DNA of 64,000 bases from Bifidobacterium breve (lineage in GTDB: Bacteria > Bacteroidota > Bacteroidia > AKYH767-A > OLB10): NCBI GenBank assembly GCA_943329665.2, contig CALQEU020000020.1:584-64583 (forward strand). The letters run 5' to 3'. Positions 40,539 to 49,291 of the stretch are shown piece by piece. Each line of letters begins with the position of its first letter. The first letter of the stretch is position 1. A model generated the notes under the pieces. The model was given only the letters and a program-made list of their open reading frames with translations, was not told the origin of the DNA and did not search any database. The position numbers and the translations under genes are program-made.

Positions 40539-42818
40539 ATGACCCAAAATAAACAGAATATCCTATCAATAATCTTCATTCTTTTTTTCACAATTACATA
40601 TGGACAAGAAGGTGTTATCAAAGGAAAAATTCAAGATGCTATCACCAACGAATCGCTTCCATTTTCGAGTGTTGCCTTGAAAAATAGCGCAATAGGAACC
40701 ATAGCCGATGCAAACGGCTATTTTGAATTGAAAGTTCAACCCGGAAAAGTGATTCTTGTTTTTAGCTTTTTAGGATACACAACCATTGAAAGAAGTGTAA
40801 CCCTCGAACCCCTTAAAACCCTCGAACTAACCATTCAACTTTCCAAAAATGAAATATCCAACACGTGGAAACCAGTTGTAATTACGGCAGCCCGTTTAGA
40901 ACAACGTCTTGAACAAACCGTAACATCGATGGAAATATTACCTTCTAAGTTATTAGAATCAAGGGTAGAAAATTCATTAGAAACAGCCATCGAACAAGTA
41001 CCCGGGGTAACCGTTATTGATGGTCAAGCGAATATTAGAGGCGGCTCAGGCTTTAGTTATGGTGCAGGATCTAGGGTATTGGTGATGGTTGATGATCTGC
41101 CGATGTTAGCTGGTGATGCGAATGATGTAAAATGGAATTTTATTCCTATTGAACAAATGGAACAAGTGGAAGTGCTGAAAGGAACTTCCTCGGCATTGTT
41201 CGGTTCTTCCGCATTAAATGGTGTGATTAATATGCGTACTGCCATGCCAAGCGAAAAGCCAACAACAATATTAACTTTATACACGGGAATGTATGATACA
41301 CCAAAAGACGCAGCTAAAAAATGGTGGGGCAGCGAAACACGAATGACGAGTGGTGCAAATATTGCTCACCGACAAAAATTTAAAAATCTTTCTGTTGTAT
41401 TAGGAGCACATGTTTATGAGGATGAAGGCTATCGTCAAGGTGAAACGGAAAAAAGAATTCGTGCCAATACTCATCTTCGTTATTCAATCGAAAAAATTAA
41501 AGGACTAACGGTAGGAATAGCCGCAAACGTTCAACAATCGAAAGGTGGGTCTTTTTTAATTTGGAAAGACGATACCACCGGCGCTTATTTACCTTTGGGA
41601 GGCATTGGATTACCCGGATCAACGTTAAGCGAGTATACTTCCGAGCGCATAACGATAGATCCCTATGTTTTATTTAGTCCCGGAAAATGGATTCACAAAT
41701 TACGAATGCGCTACTTCTATACTGTAAACAAAAATAATACAGAACAAGGTGCGGCATCTAATTTATATTATGCAGAATATCTAGTTCAACGAAGAATAAA
41801 AGATAACATTAATGTTTCCGTTGGTACATCAGGCAGCAAGACCGAAGTGAATGGCGATTTATATGCCAAACAGAATGGACAAAACATGGCGGTCTATGCG
41901 CAAGGAGATGGAAATTTCGGAAAATTGAATGTGAGCATCGGGGGTAGAATTGAGCAAGGAAAAATTTCGGGAAAATCTTTCGATCCACAATATCTTTTTA
42001 GAACAGGCGCCAGTTATCAGGCTTGGAAAGGTGGATTCATTCGCAGTTCCTACGGACAAGGATTTCGCTTTCCCTCCATCGCCGAAAAATTTATTCGAAC
42101 GCAAGTGGGAAGTATCGTGATTTATCCGAATGATTCATTAGAGATAGAAAGAGGATGGTCAGCCGAAATTGGATTGAAGCAAGTTATACAAATAAAATCG
42201 TGGCGAGGATTGGCCGATGTAAGTTACTTCGTCACTGAATTTAATGATATGATGGAATTCACTTTTGGTCCATGGGGAAAACCGGGTATTGATCCTTTGT
42301 TTGGATTAGGATTTAAATCGGTTAACATTGGTAATGCACGCATCTCTGGCTTTGAAATTACCTTAGCGGGAGAAGGGAAAATAGGTAGTGTAAGTCAAAC
42401 TATATTGGCAGGATATACTTGGATTGATCCTATACAAACTGATTTTTTAGCATCACGTGATACAGTGCTAAACTCATCCAAAGAGAACATATTAAAATAC
42501 AGATTCAGAAACTTATTCAAATTTGATAGTGAAACAAGCTACAAAAAACTTAGCATTGGTATTAGTGGGCGCTACTATACTAATATTGAAAACATTGATG
42601 CTGCCTTTGAAGGAACCATTCCCGGTGTAAAAACTTATCGTGAACAGCAACCCAAAGACAATTGGATTTTTGATGCACGCATAGGTTGGCAAATTATTAA
42701 AATTTTACGCTGCAATTTCATTATCAAAAATGTGTTGAACGAAGAATTTATGACGCGTCCCGCTGATTTACAAGCTCCAAGAACTTATTCTATATCGTTA
42801 AATATGAAGATCGGATAG
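40539..42818 (+). CDS. TonB-dependent outer-membrane receptor
   Basis: CarboxypepD_reg-like N-domain (GVIKGKIQDAITNESLPFSSVAL). Plug motifs VLVMVDDLPM and MEQVEVLKGTSSALFGSSALNGVINMRT. Beta-barrel region. Confidence 0.9.
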   Translation: MTQNKQNILSIIFILFFTITYGQEGVIKGKIQDAITNESLPFSSVALKNSAIGTIADANGYFELKVQPGKVILVFSFLGYTTIERSVTLEPLKTLELTIQLSKNEISNTWKPVVITAARLEQRLEQTVTSMEILPSKLLESRVENSLETAIEQVPGVTVIDGQANIRGGSGFSYGAGSRVLVMVDDLPMLAGDANDVKWNFIPIEQMEQVEVLKGTSSALFGSSALNGVINMRTAMPSEKPTTILTLYTGMYDTPKDAAKKWWGSETRMTSGANIAHRQKFKNLSVVLGAHVYEDEGYRQGETEKRIRANTHLRYSIEKIKGLTVGIAANVQQSKGGSFLIWKDDTTGAYLPLGGIGLPGSTLSEYTSERITIDPYVLFSPGKWIHKLRMRYFYTVNKNNTEQGAASNLYYAEYLVQRRIKDNINVSVGTSGSKTEVNGDLYAKQNGQNMAVYAQGDGNFGKLNVSIGGRIEQGKISGKSFDPQYLFRTGASYQAWKGGFIRSSYGQGFRFPSIAEKFIRTQVGSIVIYPNDSLEIERGWSAEIGLKQVIQIKSWRGLADVSYFVTEFNDMMEFTFGPWGKPGIDPLFGLGFKSVNIGNARISGFEITLAGEGKIGSVSQTILAGYTWIDPIQTDFLASRDTVLNSSKENILKYRFRNLFKFDSETSYKKLSIGISGRYYTNIENIDAAFEGTIPGVKTYREQQPKDNWIFDARIGWQIIKILRCNFIIKNVLNEEFMTRPADLQAPRTYSISLNMKIG

Positions 42819-42824
42819 CAGCAA

Positions 42825-43151
42825 ATGAAGTTAAATGGATTTAAAATTTTTGCAACCTGGTTGCCGGTATCAGGAATGGCTCTATTTCCATTTATTCTTT
42901 TAAAACAAAAAGATTTTTCACTTTCGTCGTCATTGATAAATCATGAACGCATCCATCTGCAACAACAACTTGAACTATTGATTCTTCCTTTTTATATTTG
43001 GTATCTTTCGGAATATCTCTATTTTCGGATGAAAGGAAAGAATCATCAGCAAGCGTATCGTTCTATTTCCTTCGAAAAAGAAGCTTATCAAAATGAGAAT
43101 GATATGAATTATTTGAAAATCAGAAAACGATGGGCCTACCTTCGTTCCTAA
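42825..43151 (+). CDS. Small membrane-associated protein with HExxH motif (HERIH)
   Basis: 108 aa with a hydrophobic N-terminus. INHERIHLQQQLE plus a downstream FEKEAY. It lies 6 nt after the receptor stop. Confidence 0.5.
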   Translation: MKLNGFKIFATWLPVSGMALFPFILLKQKDFSLSSSLINHERIHLQQQLELLILPFYIWYLSEYLYFRMKGKNHQQAYRSISFEKEAYQNENDMNYLKIRKRWAYLRS

Positions 43152-43210
43152 TAATTTTAATCTAATTTCCAATCCTTTTCGAATAAATCCCTCCCACTTA
43201 CAAATAGTTC

Positions 43211-43218
43211 TATCTTTG
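43211..43218 (+). promoter_or_regulatory. -7 promoter box TATCTTTG
   Basis: Matches TAnnTTTG. It ends 5 nt before the ATG at 43224. Confidence 0.5.
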
Positions 43219-43223
43219 TCCTT

Positions 43224-43988
43224 ATGAATGCCACACCAGTCATCATTGTAAAGGACTTAAAAAAGACTTACGAAAAATTTGAAGCCGTAAAGGGTGTTAG
43301 TTTTGAAGTTTACGATAAAGAGATTTTTGGATTATTAGGTCCCAACGGTGCTGGAAAAACCACCACCTTAGAAATTATTGAAACGTTGCGTGAAAAAACT
43401 TCCGGTGAAGTTACTGTTTCAGGTTTCAGCATTGATCAACATCCCAATGAAATTAAAAAAATAATTGGAGTGCAGTTGCAAGCAGCAGGTTATTATCCCA
43501 GCTTAACTTTAACTGAGCTCATTGAATTGTTTGCTGGTTTGTATAATGCAGAAGTTGACCCCATGGAAATGTTAAAGCAAGTGGGCCTTGAAGACAAATA
43601 CAAAGCGAAATTCAAAGAGTTGAGTGGTGGACAAAAACAAAGATTTAGTATTGCAACTACTTTAATCAATCAACCAAAAATTGTTTTTTTAGATGAGCCA
43701 ACCACTGGGTTAGATCCACAAGCCCGAAGAAATTTGTGGGATTTAATTCGAAAAATCAGAGACAACGGAACTACAGTTGTAATTACTACTCATTATATGG
43801 ATGAAGCCGAACAGCTCTGTGATCGAGTTGCGGTGATGGAAGCCGGAAAAATTATTGCTTTGGATGCACCGGATGCGCTCATCGATCAATTGGTCGCTAC
43901 CGGATTTGAAAGAAAGAAGGAAGTGAAAAAAGCAAATTTGGAAGACGTATTTATTCATTTGACAGGACATGAGTGGCGCGAAGGGTGA
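43224..43988 (+). CDS. ABC transporter ATP-binding protein (ABC-2 / DrrA-like)
   Basis: Walker A GPNGAGKTT, signature LSGGQKQR, Walker B VFLDEPTTGLD. Confidence 0.9.
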   Translation: MNATPVIIVKDLKKTYEKFEAVKGVSFEVYDKEIFGLLGPNGAGKTTTLEIIETLREKTSGEVTVSGFSIDQHPNEIKKIIGVQLQAAGYYPSLTLTELIELFAGLYNAEVDPMEMLKQVGLEDKYKAKFKELSGGQKQRFSIATTLINQPKIVFLDEPTTGLDPQARRNLWDLIRKIRDNGTTVVITTHYMDEAEQLCDRVAVMEAGKIIALDAPDALIDQLVATGFERKKEVKKANLEDVFIHLTGHEWREG

Positions 43989-44048
43989 ATTGGTGAATTG
44001 GTGAATTGGTGAATTGGTGAATTGGCAGGTTGGTAAGTTGGTGGATCG
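43985..44048. repeat. Octanucleotide microsatellite (GTGAATTG)x5 plus 3 degenerate units
   Basis: Five perfect units span 43985-44024, followed by GCAGGTTG, GTAAGTTG and GTGGATCG. The first unit contains the TGA stop of the ATPase gene. Confidence 0.95.
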
Positions 44049-44050
44049 AA

Positions 44051-44110
44051 AGCTAGAAACTAGAAGCTAGAAGCTAGAAGCTAGAAGCTAGAAGCTAGAA
44101 GCTAGAAGCT
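44051..44110. repeat. Heptanucleotide microsatellite (AGCTAGA)x8.5 (second unit is AACTAGA)
   Basis: Read directly from the sequence. TAG occurs in every frame, so the array is non-coding. Confidence 0.95.
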
Positions 44111-44170
44111 CATCATAGCGTGAATAGAAATTATAGTCACAAAAATTAACTACGTACAAATAAATAAAAA

Positions 44171-45271
44171 TTGAAAAATAATTATTCACAATACAGAGCC
44201 ATGATGGCTATTGCTCGAGCGAGTTTTAGGTCTATTATGCGAAGTCCATCGGCGGTGGTTTTTACCTTGCTATTTCCATTGATTTTTATTTTGGTTTTTG
44301 GATTTATAAATGGCGGAGGCATGCGATTAGATGTTGCTTTAGCTGGAGAAAGTGATTTAAAAAATCCAGTTTTTGATAGCATTGCTAGTATGCAAGGAAT
44401 TCATTTAGTTCCTGGATTAACGAAAGTAGAGATTGATCACAATTTACAGAAAGGAGATATTGATGCCATCATCAACATACAAAAAAGGTTAGCGGACAAT
44501 ACCCTTTCGTATAGCGTTGAAGTCACAACGAACATGGCATCGCGCGAGAAAGGAATCATTATTCGATCGATGTTAGAACATTTGGTGGACAAAGCGAATT
44601 TGCGAGCTGCGGCAATGGAAAGGCCAATGGTTGTTTTAAGTTCGAAAGAAATTCAGGTTCGAGAATATAAAACGATTGATTTTATTTTACCAGGACAACT
44701 TGGATTTTCACTTCTTAGTTCGGGTGTATTCGGAACAGCATTTGTGTTCTTTAATTTAAGACAAACTTTAGTGATTAAAAGATTTTTCGCGACACCAATC
44801 CGTAAACCTTTTATCGTGATGGGAGAAGCCATCAGCAGACTCGTATTTGCTTTGTTAGGCGCTGCATTTTTGATTTTAGTCGGTTATTTTGCTTTTGGAT
44901 TTACCCTCATTCATGGATTTGCCACCTTCGCCACGATGCTCTTTTTGTCAGCCTTAGGACTAATTGTCTTTATGGGTTTTGGCTTTGTGGTATCTGGAAT
45001 TGCTAAAAGTGAGAGTACGATTCCGCCCTTAGCAAACATTGTCACCCTACCCCAATTTCTGCTTTCTGGTACTTTTTTCGGGATCGAAAATTTTCCAGAA
45101 TGGCTCCAGCCCATTTGTAAAATATTGCCTCTCACCTACTTAAATGATGCAATGCGCTTGGTTGCATTTGAAGGAGCGGGGTTGTGTGACATCCTTATTC
45201 CGCTCGCTGTTATTTCAGCATGGGGTATTTTGATTTATGCATTAGCCGTTAAATTTTTCCGTTGGGAATAA
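44171..45271 (+). CDS. ABC-2 type transporter permease
   Basis: Six predicted TM segments, with a large loop after TM1. Typical partner of the upstream ATPase. The start is TTG at 44171 or ATG at 44201. Confidence 0.8.
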   Translation: MKNNYSQYRAMMAIARASFRSIMRSPSAVVFTLLFPLIFILVFGFINGGGMRLDVALAGESDLKNPVFDSIASMQGIHLVPGLTKVEIDHNLQKGDIDAIINIQKRLADNTLSYSVEVTTNMASREKGIIIRSMLEHLVDKANLRAAAMERPMVVLSSKEIQVREYKTIDFILPGQLGFSLLSSGVFGTAFVFFNLRQTLVIKRFFATPIRKPFIVMGEAISRLVFALLGAAFLILVGYFAFGFTLIHGFATFATMLFLSALGLIVFMGFGFVVSGIAKSESTIPPLANIVTLPQFLLSGTFFGIENFPEWLQPICKILPLTYLNDAMRLVAFEGAGLCDILIPLAVISAWGILIYALAVKFFRWE

Positions 45272-45389
45272 ATGACGGAATGACATTAACTTTGCACAGG
45301 CATTCTAATTGATAGTCCGGAAGTGTAAAACAAAAAGCAGGAACAATCGTTTCTACTAATAACTAGAAAAATTAAAAACAGAAAAAGCC

Positions 45390-46067
45390 ATGATGGGAAT
45401 TTATTTGATTGTAATTGCATTTATGATTATTGGTTGGCTAGTAAATCGTCAATTAAAAAGCAAGTTTGAAAAATATTCACAAACACCAATTAGTTCGGGG
45501 TTAAGTGGGCAACAAATTGCCGAGAGAATGTTGCGTGATCATAATATTCACGATGTGAAAGTAATTTCAGTAGAGGGTAGATTAACGGATCACTACAATC
45601 CACTTGACAAAACAGTAAATTTAAGTCACGACGTTTACTATGGAAAAAATGCGGCTGCTGCTGCCGTTTCTGCACATGAGTGTGGTCATGCTGTACAACA
45701 TGCGCGTGCATACAGCATGCTACAACTACGTTCTGCATTAGTTCCTGTAGTAAGCTTTGCTTCTAAATGGGTGCAATGGGTGTTACTTGCGGGTATATTA
45801 CTAGTGAATATATTTCCAAGCTTATTGTTGATTGGAATCACATTATTTGCTGCAACTACCGCATTTAGTTTTGTCACTTTGCCTGTTGAATTTGATGCAA
45901 GCAAACGTGCGTTGGTTTGGTTAGAAAGCGCAAAAATCACTACTTCACAAGAGCATGAGCAATCGAAAGATGCCTTGTGGTGGGCGGCTATGACCTATGT
46001 TGTTGCAGCACTTGCGGCTTTGGCTACTCTGATGTACTATGTATTAATATACATGAGAAGAAACTAA
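45390..46067 (+). CDS. Membrane zinc metallopeptidase (YugP / Zn_peptidase_2 family)
   Basis: N-terminal TM segment. HECGHAVQH (HExxH). C-terminal TM pair. Confidence 0.8.
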   Translation: MMGIYLIVIAFMIIGWLVNRQLKSKFEKYSQTPISSGLSGQQIAERMLRDHNIHDVKVISVEGRLTDHYNPLDKTVNLSHDVYYGKNAAAAAVSAHECGHAVQHARAYSMLQLRSALVPVVSFASKWVQWVLLAGILLVNIFPSLLLIGITLFAATTAFSFVTLPVEFDASKRALVWLESAKITTSQEHEQSKDALWWAAMTYVVAALAALATLMYYVLIYMRRN

Positions 46068-46089
46068 AATAATTAAACAAAAAGAATTT

Positions 46090-46122
46090 AAAAGGCGGCG
46101 AATCAATTCATCGCCTTTTTTT
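46090..46122 (+). terminator. Probable intrinsic terminator
   Basis: AAAAGGCG...CGCCTTTT stem followed by a T-run (46116-46122). Confidence 0.5.
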
Positions 46123-46175
46123 ATCGCTGACATTTATCAATCAAAACCAAAATTATTATTTACTAATTTCGCTCC

Positions 46176-47129
46176 ATGAATCTACCGCAACCAATTATCG
46201 ATCGCGTGAAGCTGCTTGAGGAGAAATACACAGCCATGGGGCAGGATTTAATTTCTTACCTAGATGGACTTTTGTATACTGATGTATGTACCTACTGGGA
46301 CTATATTCATATCGATACTTTACTTAGTCTTCAACAGCCCCGCACTAAATTTCCAGATGAAGAAGTGTTTATCATGTATCATCAAGTGACGGAGTTATAT
46401 TTTAAATTGGCTCTACATGAATTGCAACAAATCGTTGATAAAGGTCCGGATGCTATATTTATGGCTACCCGACTTCAACGTGTGAATCGATATTTCGCAG
46501 TGCTCACCAGTTCGTTCGATATTATGGGCGATGGAATGGAACGCGAGCAGTTCCAAAAATTCAGAATGAGTTTATTGCCTGCTAGTGGATTTCAAAGTGC
46601 ACAATATCGCACAATAGAAATTTATGCAACTGATTTTATTCGACTCGTAGATAAAGATGTTCGTGATTCATTTGAAGGAAAGAATTCCTCTCTAGAAGAA
46701 ATGTTCGAACATATTTATTGGAAAACGGGAGCCACTGAGTTATCGACAGGAAAGAAAACGCTTACTCTTCGACAATTCGAAGAAAAGTATTCGAAGCAAC
46801 TCATTGAAACTGCACAACGATTACAAACAACCAATATGTGGGCTATTTTTAAATCGTTGCCACAAGCTGATCAAGATCGTGATGATTTACGCATTGCCAT
46901 GAAGCAGTTGGATGTAAACGTAAATATTAATTGGCCATTGGTACATTATCGATCGGCAGCAAAATATTTACAAGCGAATCCAGCCGACATTGCAGCAACA
47001 GGAGGAACAAACTGGCAAAAATACCTTCCTCCCCGTTTTCAAAAAAGAATTTTCTATCCTGAACTTTGGAGTCAAGAAGAAATAGACAACTGGGGCAAAG
47101 GTTGGGTGGACGAAGTGTTCGCGAAGTAA
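46176..47129 (+). CDS. Tryptophan 2,3-dioxygenase family protein
   Basis: YWDYIHIDTLLSLQ and MYHQVTELYFKL helices are typical of bacterial TDO-like proteins. Confidence 0.7.
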   Translation: MNLPQPIIDRVKLLEEKYTAMGQDLISYLDGLLYTDVCTYWDYIHIDTLLSLQQPRTKFPDEEVFIMYHQVTELYFKLALHELQQIVDKGPDAIFMATRLQRVNRYFAVLTSSFDIMGDGMEREQFQKFRMSLLPASGFQSAQYRTIEIYATDFIRLVDKDVRDSFEGKNSSLEEMFEHIYWKTGATELSTGKKTLTLRQFEEKYSKQLIETAQRLQTTNMWAIFKSLPQADQDRDDLRIAMKQLDVNVNINWPLVHYRSAAKYLQANPADIAATGGTNWQKYLPPRFQKRIFYPELWSQEEIDNWGKGWVDEVFAK

Positions 47130-47138
47130 ATTGCCGCG

Positions 47139-47172
47139 CCCAGAAGTCTGTCCAAAGGACTGTACTTCTGGG
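47139..47172 (+). terminator. Strong hairpin (CCCAGAAGT...ACTTCTGGG with inner GTCC/GGAC) after the TDO gene; no T-run
   Basis: 9 + 4 bp stem with a small internal loop. It starts 10 nt after the stop codon. Confidence 0.5.
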
Positions 47173-47415
47173 GTAAATTGGTAAAATTGGTAATCAGATA
47201 GCTACAGGTAGGTAAATATCTTTGCTCTTCAATTTTAATGGAGTGAAGTTCATTTGGTCTGTGCTCAGGTTAAACCATTAAATTTTTGTGATAACTTAGA
47301 CTTTTATTGCCTACTTTTTAATGTTTTTAATTCCCACATTAACTTTTTAGAATTGATTATCAAGTAAATATGGCTTTATTTGAATTCGTAAATTGGTTTA
47401 TGTTATAAACTACTT

Positions 47416-47423
47416 TATATTTG
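47416..47423 (+). promoter_or_regulatory. -7 promoter box TATATTTG
   Basis: Matches TAnnTTTG. It overlaps the track's TTG start (47421), which argues for the ATG at 47442 as the real start. Confidence 0.5.
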
Positions 47424-47441
47424 CAGAATACAAAAAACAAC

Positions 47442-48116
47442 ATGAAAAAAATCATTTATTCATTAATCACGGCTCTACTTCTAGTAGGCACTTATCAAGA
47501 AGTTGCTGCACAAGCAGGAAAAGATGTTCCAACTGAAAAAACACGTAGGTTCTTAGTTCGCTACCTTGGTTCCTTGGATACAGCAAAAACGTATGAAACT
47601 AAGGCTAATTTATTAAGAGGAATTGAAATGGTTGCGAATGCATCCAAATCAGATTGGATTTCTCAATATCATGCTTCATTTCAAAATGCTGTGCTTTCAA
47701 TAGAGAAAAAAGATACTGCTGAAGCAAGTAGGATGTTGAACAAAGCAGAAGAGTTTATCAAAACGGCTAATTCTATTCAACCGAATGAATCAGAAATTGT
47801 TTTATTAAGAGCAATGATTAACGGAATGCGTATTGGACAGAATCCATCACTTGGAGCCGCATTAGGTCCAGATGTGATGAAAGGATATGCAGAAGCAAAA
47901 AAATTGAATGCAGAAAATCCTCGTGTGTATTTAGTATTAGGTGAATCGTATATGTATATGCCAGAAGAAGCAGGTGGCGGAATGAAAGTAGCAAAAGCCA
48001 ATTTAGAAATTGCTTTGAAGAAATATGAAAACGAAAAACATGATGATCCAGCATGGCCAACTTGGGGAAAAGATCGTGCACTGCAATTACTAGCTGAAAT
48101 AGAAAGCAAAAAATAA
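47442..48116 (+). CDS. Secreted all-alpha (TPR-like) hypothetical protein
   Basis: Signal peptide MKKIIYSLITALLLVGTYQEVAAQA. Helical repeat character. Confidence 0.6.
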   Translation: MKKIIYSLITALLLVGTYQEVAAQAGKDVPTEKTRRFLVRYLGSLDTAKTYETKANLLRGIEMVANASKSDWISQYHASFQNAVLSIEKKDTAEASRMLNKAEEFIKTANSIQPNESEIVLLRAMINGMRIGQNPSLGAALGPDVMKGYAEAKKLNAENPRVYLVLGESYMYMPEEAGGGMKVAKANLEIALKKYENEKHDDPAWPTWGKDRALQLLAEIESKK

Positions 48117-48187
48117 TGATCCCCGGAAGAGTACAAAAAAATTCGAGTTATTGATAACCTCACTCTTAGCGCCTAAAAAACAAACAA

Positions 48188-48802
48188 ATGGAAAATGAAA
48201 AATCAACAATGAGCAATCAGGAAAGTTTGCGCATTATTCAGTCGATGATTGAATCGACTAAACAAGATTTACATGATAATGGATCATGGTTCTTACTCTG
48301 GGGATGGTTAGTCTTTTTAGCCTGCGCTATCCATTTTATCCTGCTACAAGTCAACTATGATCAACCACAAATAGCGTGGATGCTGATGCCTTTGGGCGGT
48401 TTAATCAGTTTTATCAAGGGAATGCGTGAAGAAAAATCACAAAAAGTAAAAACATATGTAGATGCATTTATGAAACATGTATTAGTAGCATTTATCGTTT
48501 CCCTCTTTATCGTCCTCGGATTTATGCCACAACTTGGATTGAATACATATCCTCTTATTATGATGGTGTATGGTTTCTGGCTCTACATTAGCGGCGGTGT
48601 CATCAATTTTCGCCCGCTTCAAATAGGAGGTATAATAAACTGGGTCCTTGCCATTACCGCCTTCTATGTTGGATTTGAAATACAATTGGCCTTGTTAGCT
48701 GCGGCCGTGTTGCTTGGGTATATTATTCCGGGATACATCCTAAAAAGCCGCTACGAACAAGCTTTTAAAGCTTCTCCGGTAGCAACGGAAAATTATGTTT
48801 AA
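48188..48802 (+). CDS. Integral membrane protein (4-5 TM), unknown function
   Basis: Hydrophobic segments. It overlaps the downstream regulator gene by 8 nt. Confidence 0.6.
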   Translation: MENEKSTMSNQESLRIIQSMIESTKQDLHDNGSWFLLWGWLVFLACAIHFILLQVNYDQPQIAWMLMPLGGLISFIKGMREEKSQKVKTYVDAFMKHVLVAFIVSLFIVLGFMPQLGLNTYPLIMMVYGFWLYISGGVINFRPLQIGGIINWVLAITAFYVGFEIQLALLAAAVLLGYIIPGYILKSRYEQAFKASPVATENYV

Positions 48803-49085
48803 CGAACTAAATCCTTTATTGCATCAACAGTTGCGCCTATCGGTAATTTCTTTACTGATGAATGTAAAGGAGGCTGACTTTACATATATCCGTGAGAAAA
48901 CAGGTGCAACGGCAGGTAACTTGAGTGTGCAGATTAACAAATTGGCAGAAGCAGAATATCTACAAGTAAAGAAAAGTTTTAAAGAAAATTATCCGTTGAC
49001 TACTTGTTCAGTTACCTCGAAAGGAAGAAAAGCATTTGAAGAATATGTATCTTCTTTGCAAGAATATTTAAAGCCAACGAAGTGA
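48795..49085 (+). CDS. Winged-helix transcriptional regulator (HTH_34-like)
   Basis: LRLSVISLLMNVKEADFTYIREKTGATAGNLSVQINKLAEAEYLQVKK...TSKGRKAFEEY matches the winged-helix DNA-binding pattern. Confidence 0.75.
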   Translation: MFNELNPLLHQQLRLSVISLLMNVKEADFTYIREKTGATAGNLSVQINKLAEAEYLQVKKSFKENYPLTTCSVTSKGRKAFEEYVSSLQEYLKPTK

Positions 49086-49114
49086 TTAAATCCTTCAACA
49101 TAATTTCTTTTTTA

Positions 49115-49260
49115 AACACTAGAGGCACAAAAGAGCACTAGAGAACACAAAAAATCTAAACTTTGTGTTCTCATAAGTTATCCAAAGTTCACAAGGCGAA
49201 GGGCTAGAAAAAATTAAATTCTCAAGTGCACTTTTGTGTACTTGAGTGGCCTCTAGTGTT
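49115..49260. repeat. 146-bp imperfect palindromic element with 12-bp perfect termini (AACACTAGAGGC / GCCTCTAGTGTT) and two internal hairpins
   Basis: Hairpin 1 is at 49141-49172 (11-bp stem GAGAACACAAA / TTTGTGTTCTC). Hairpin 2 is at 49221-49246. Confidence 0.85.
49205..49246 (-). terminator. Probable intrinsic terminator of the amidohydrolase operon
   Basis: On the minus strand, hairpin CTCAAGTACAC-AAAA-GTGCACTTGAG is followed by AATTTAATTTTTTC. Confidence 0.6.
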
Positions 49261-49291
49261 AAAATTTGCGCTTTGTTGTACTAAAAAATTA

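Noticed and set aside
47777-48163. 128-aa and 87-aa minus-strand ORFs overlapping the 47442-48116 gene
   Set aside because: They are antisense to a gene with a clear signal peptide and promoter box, and they have low-complexity composition.
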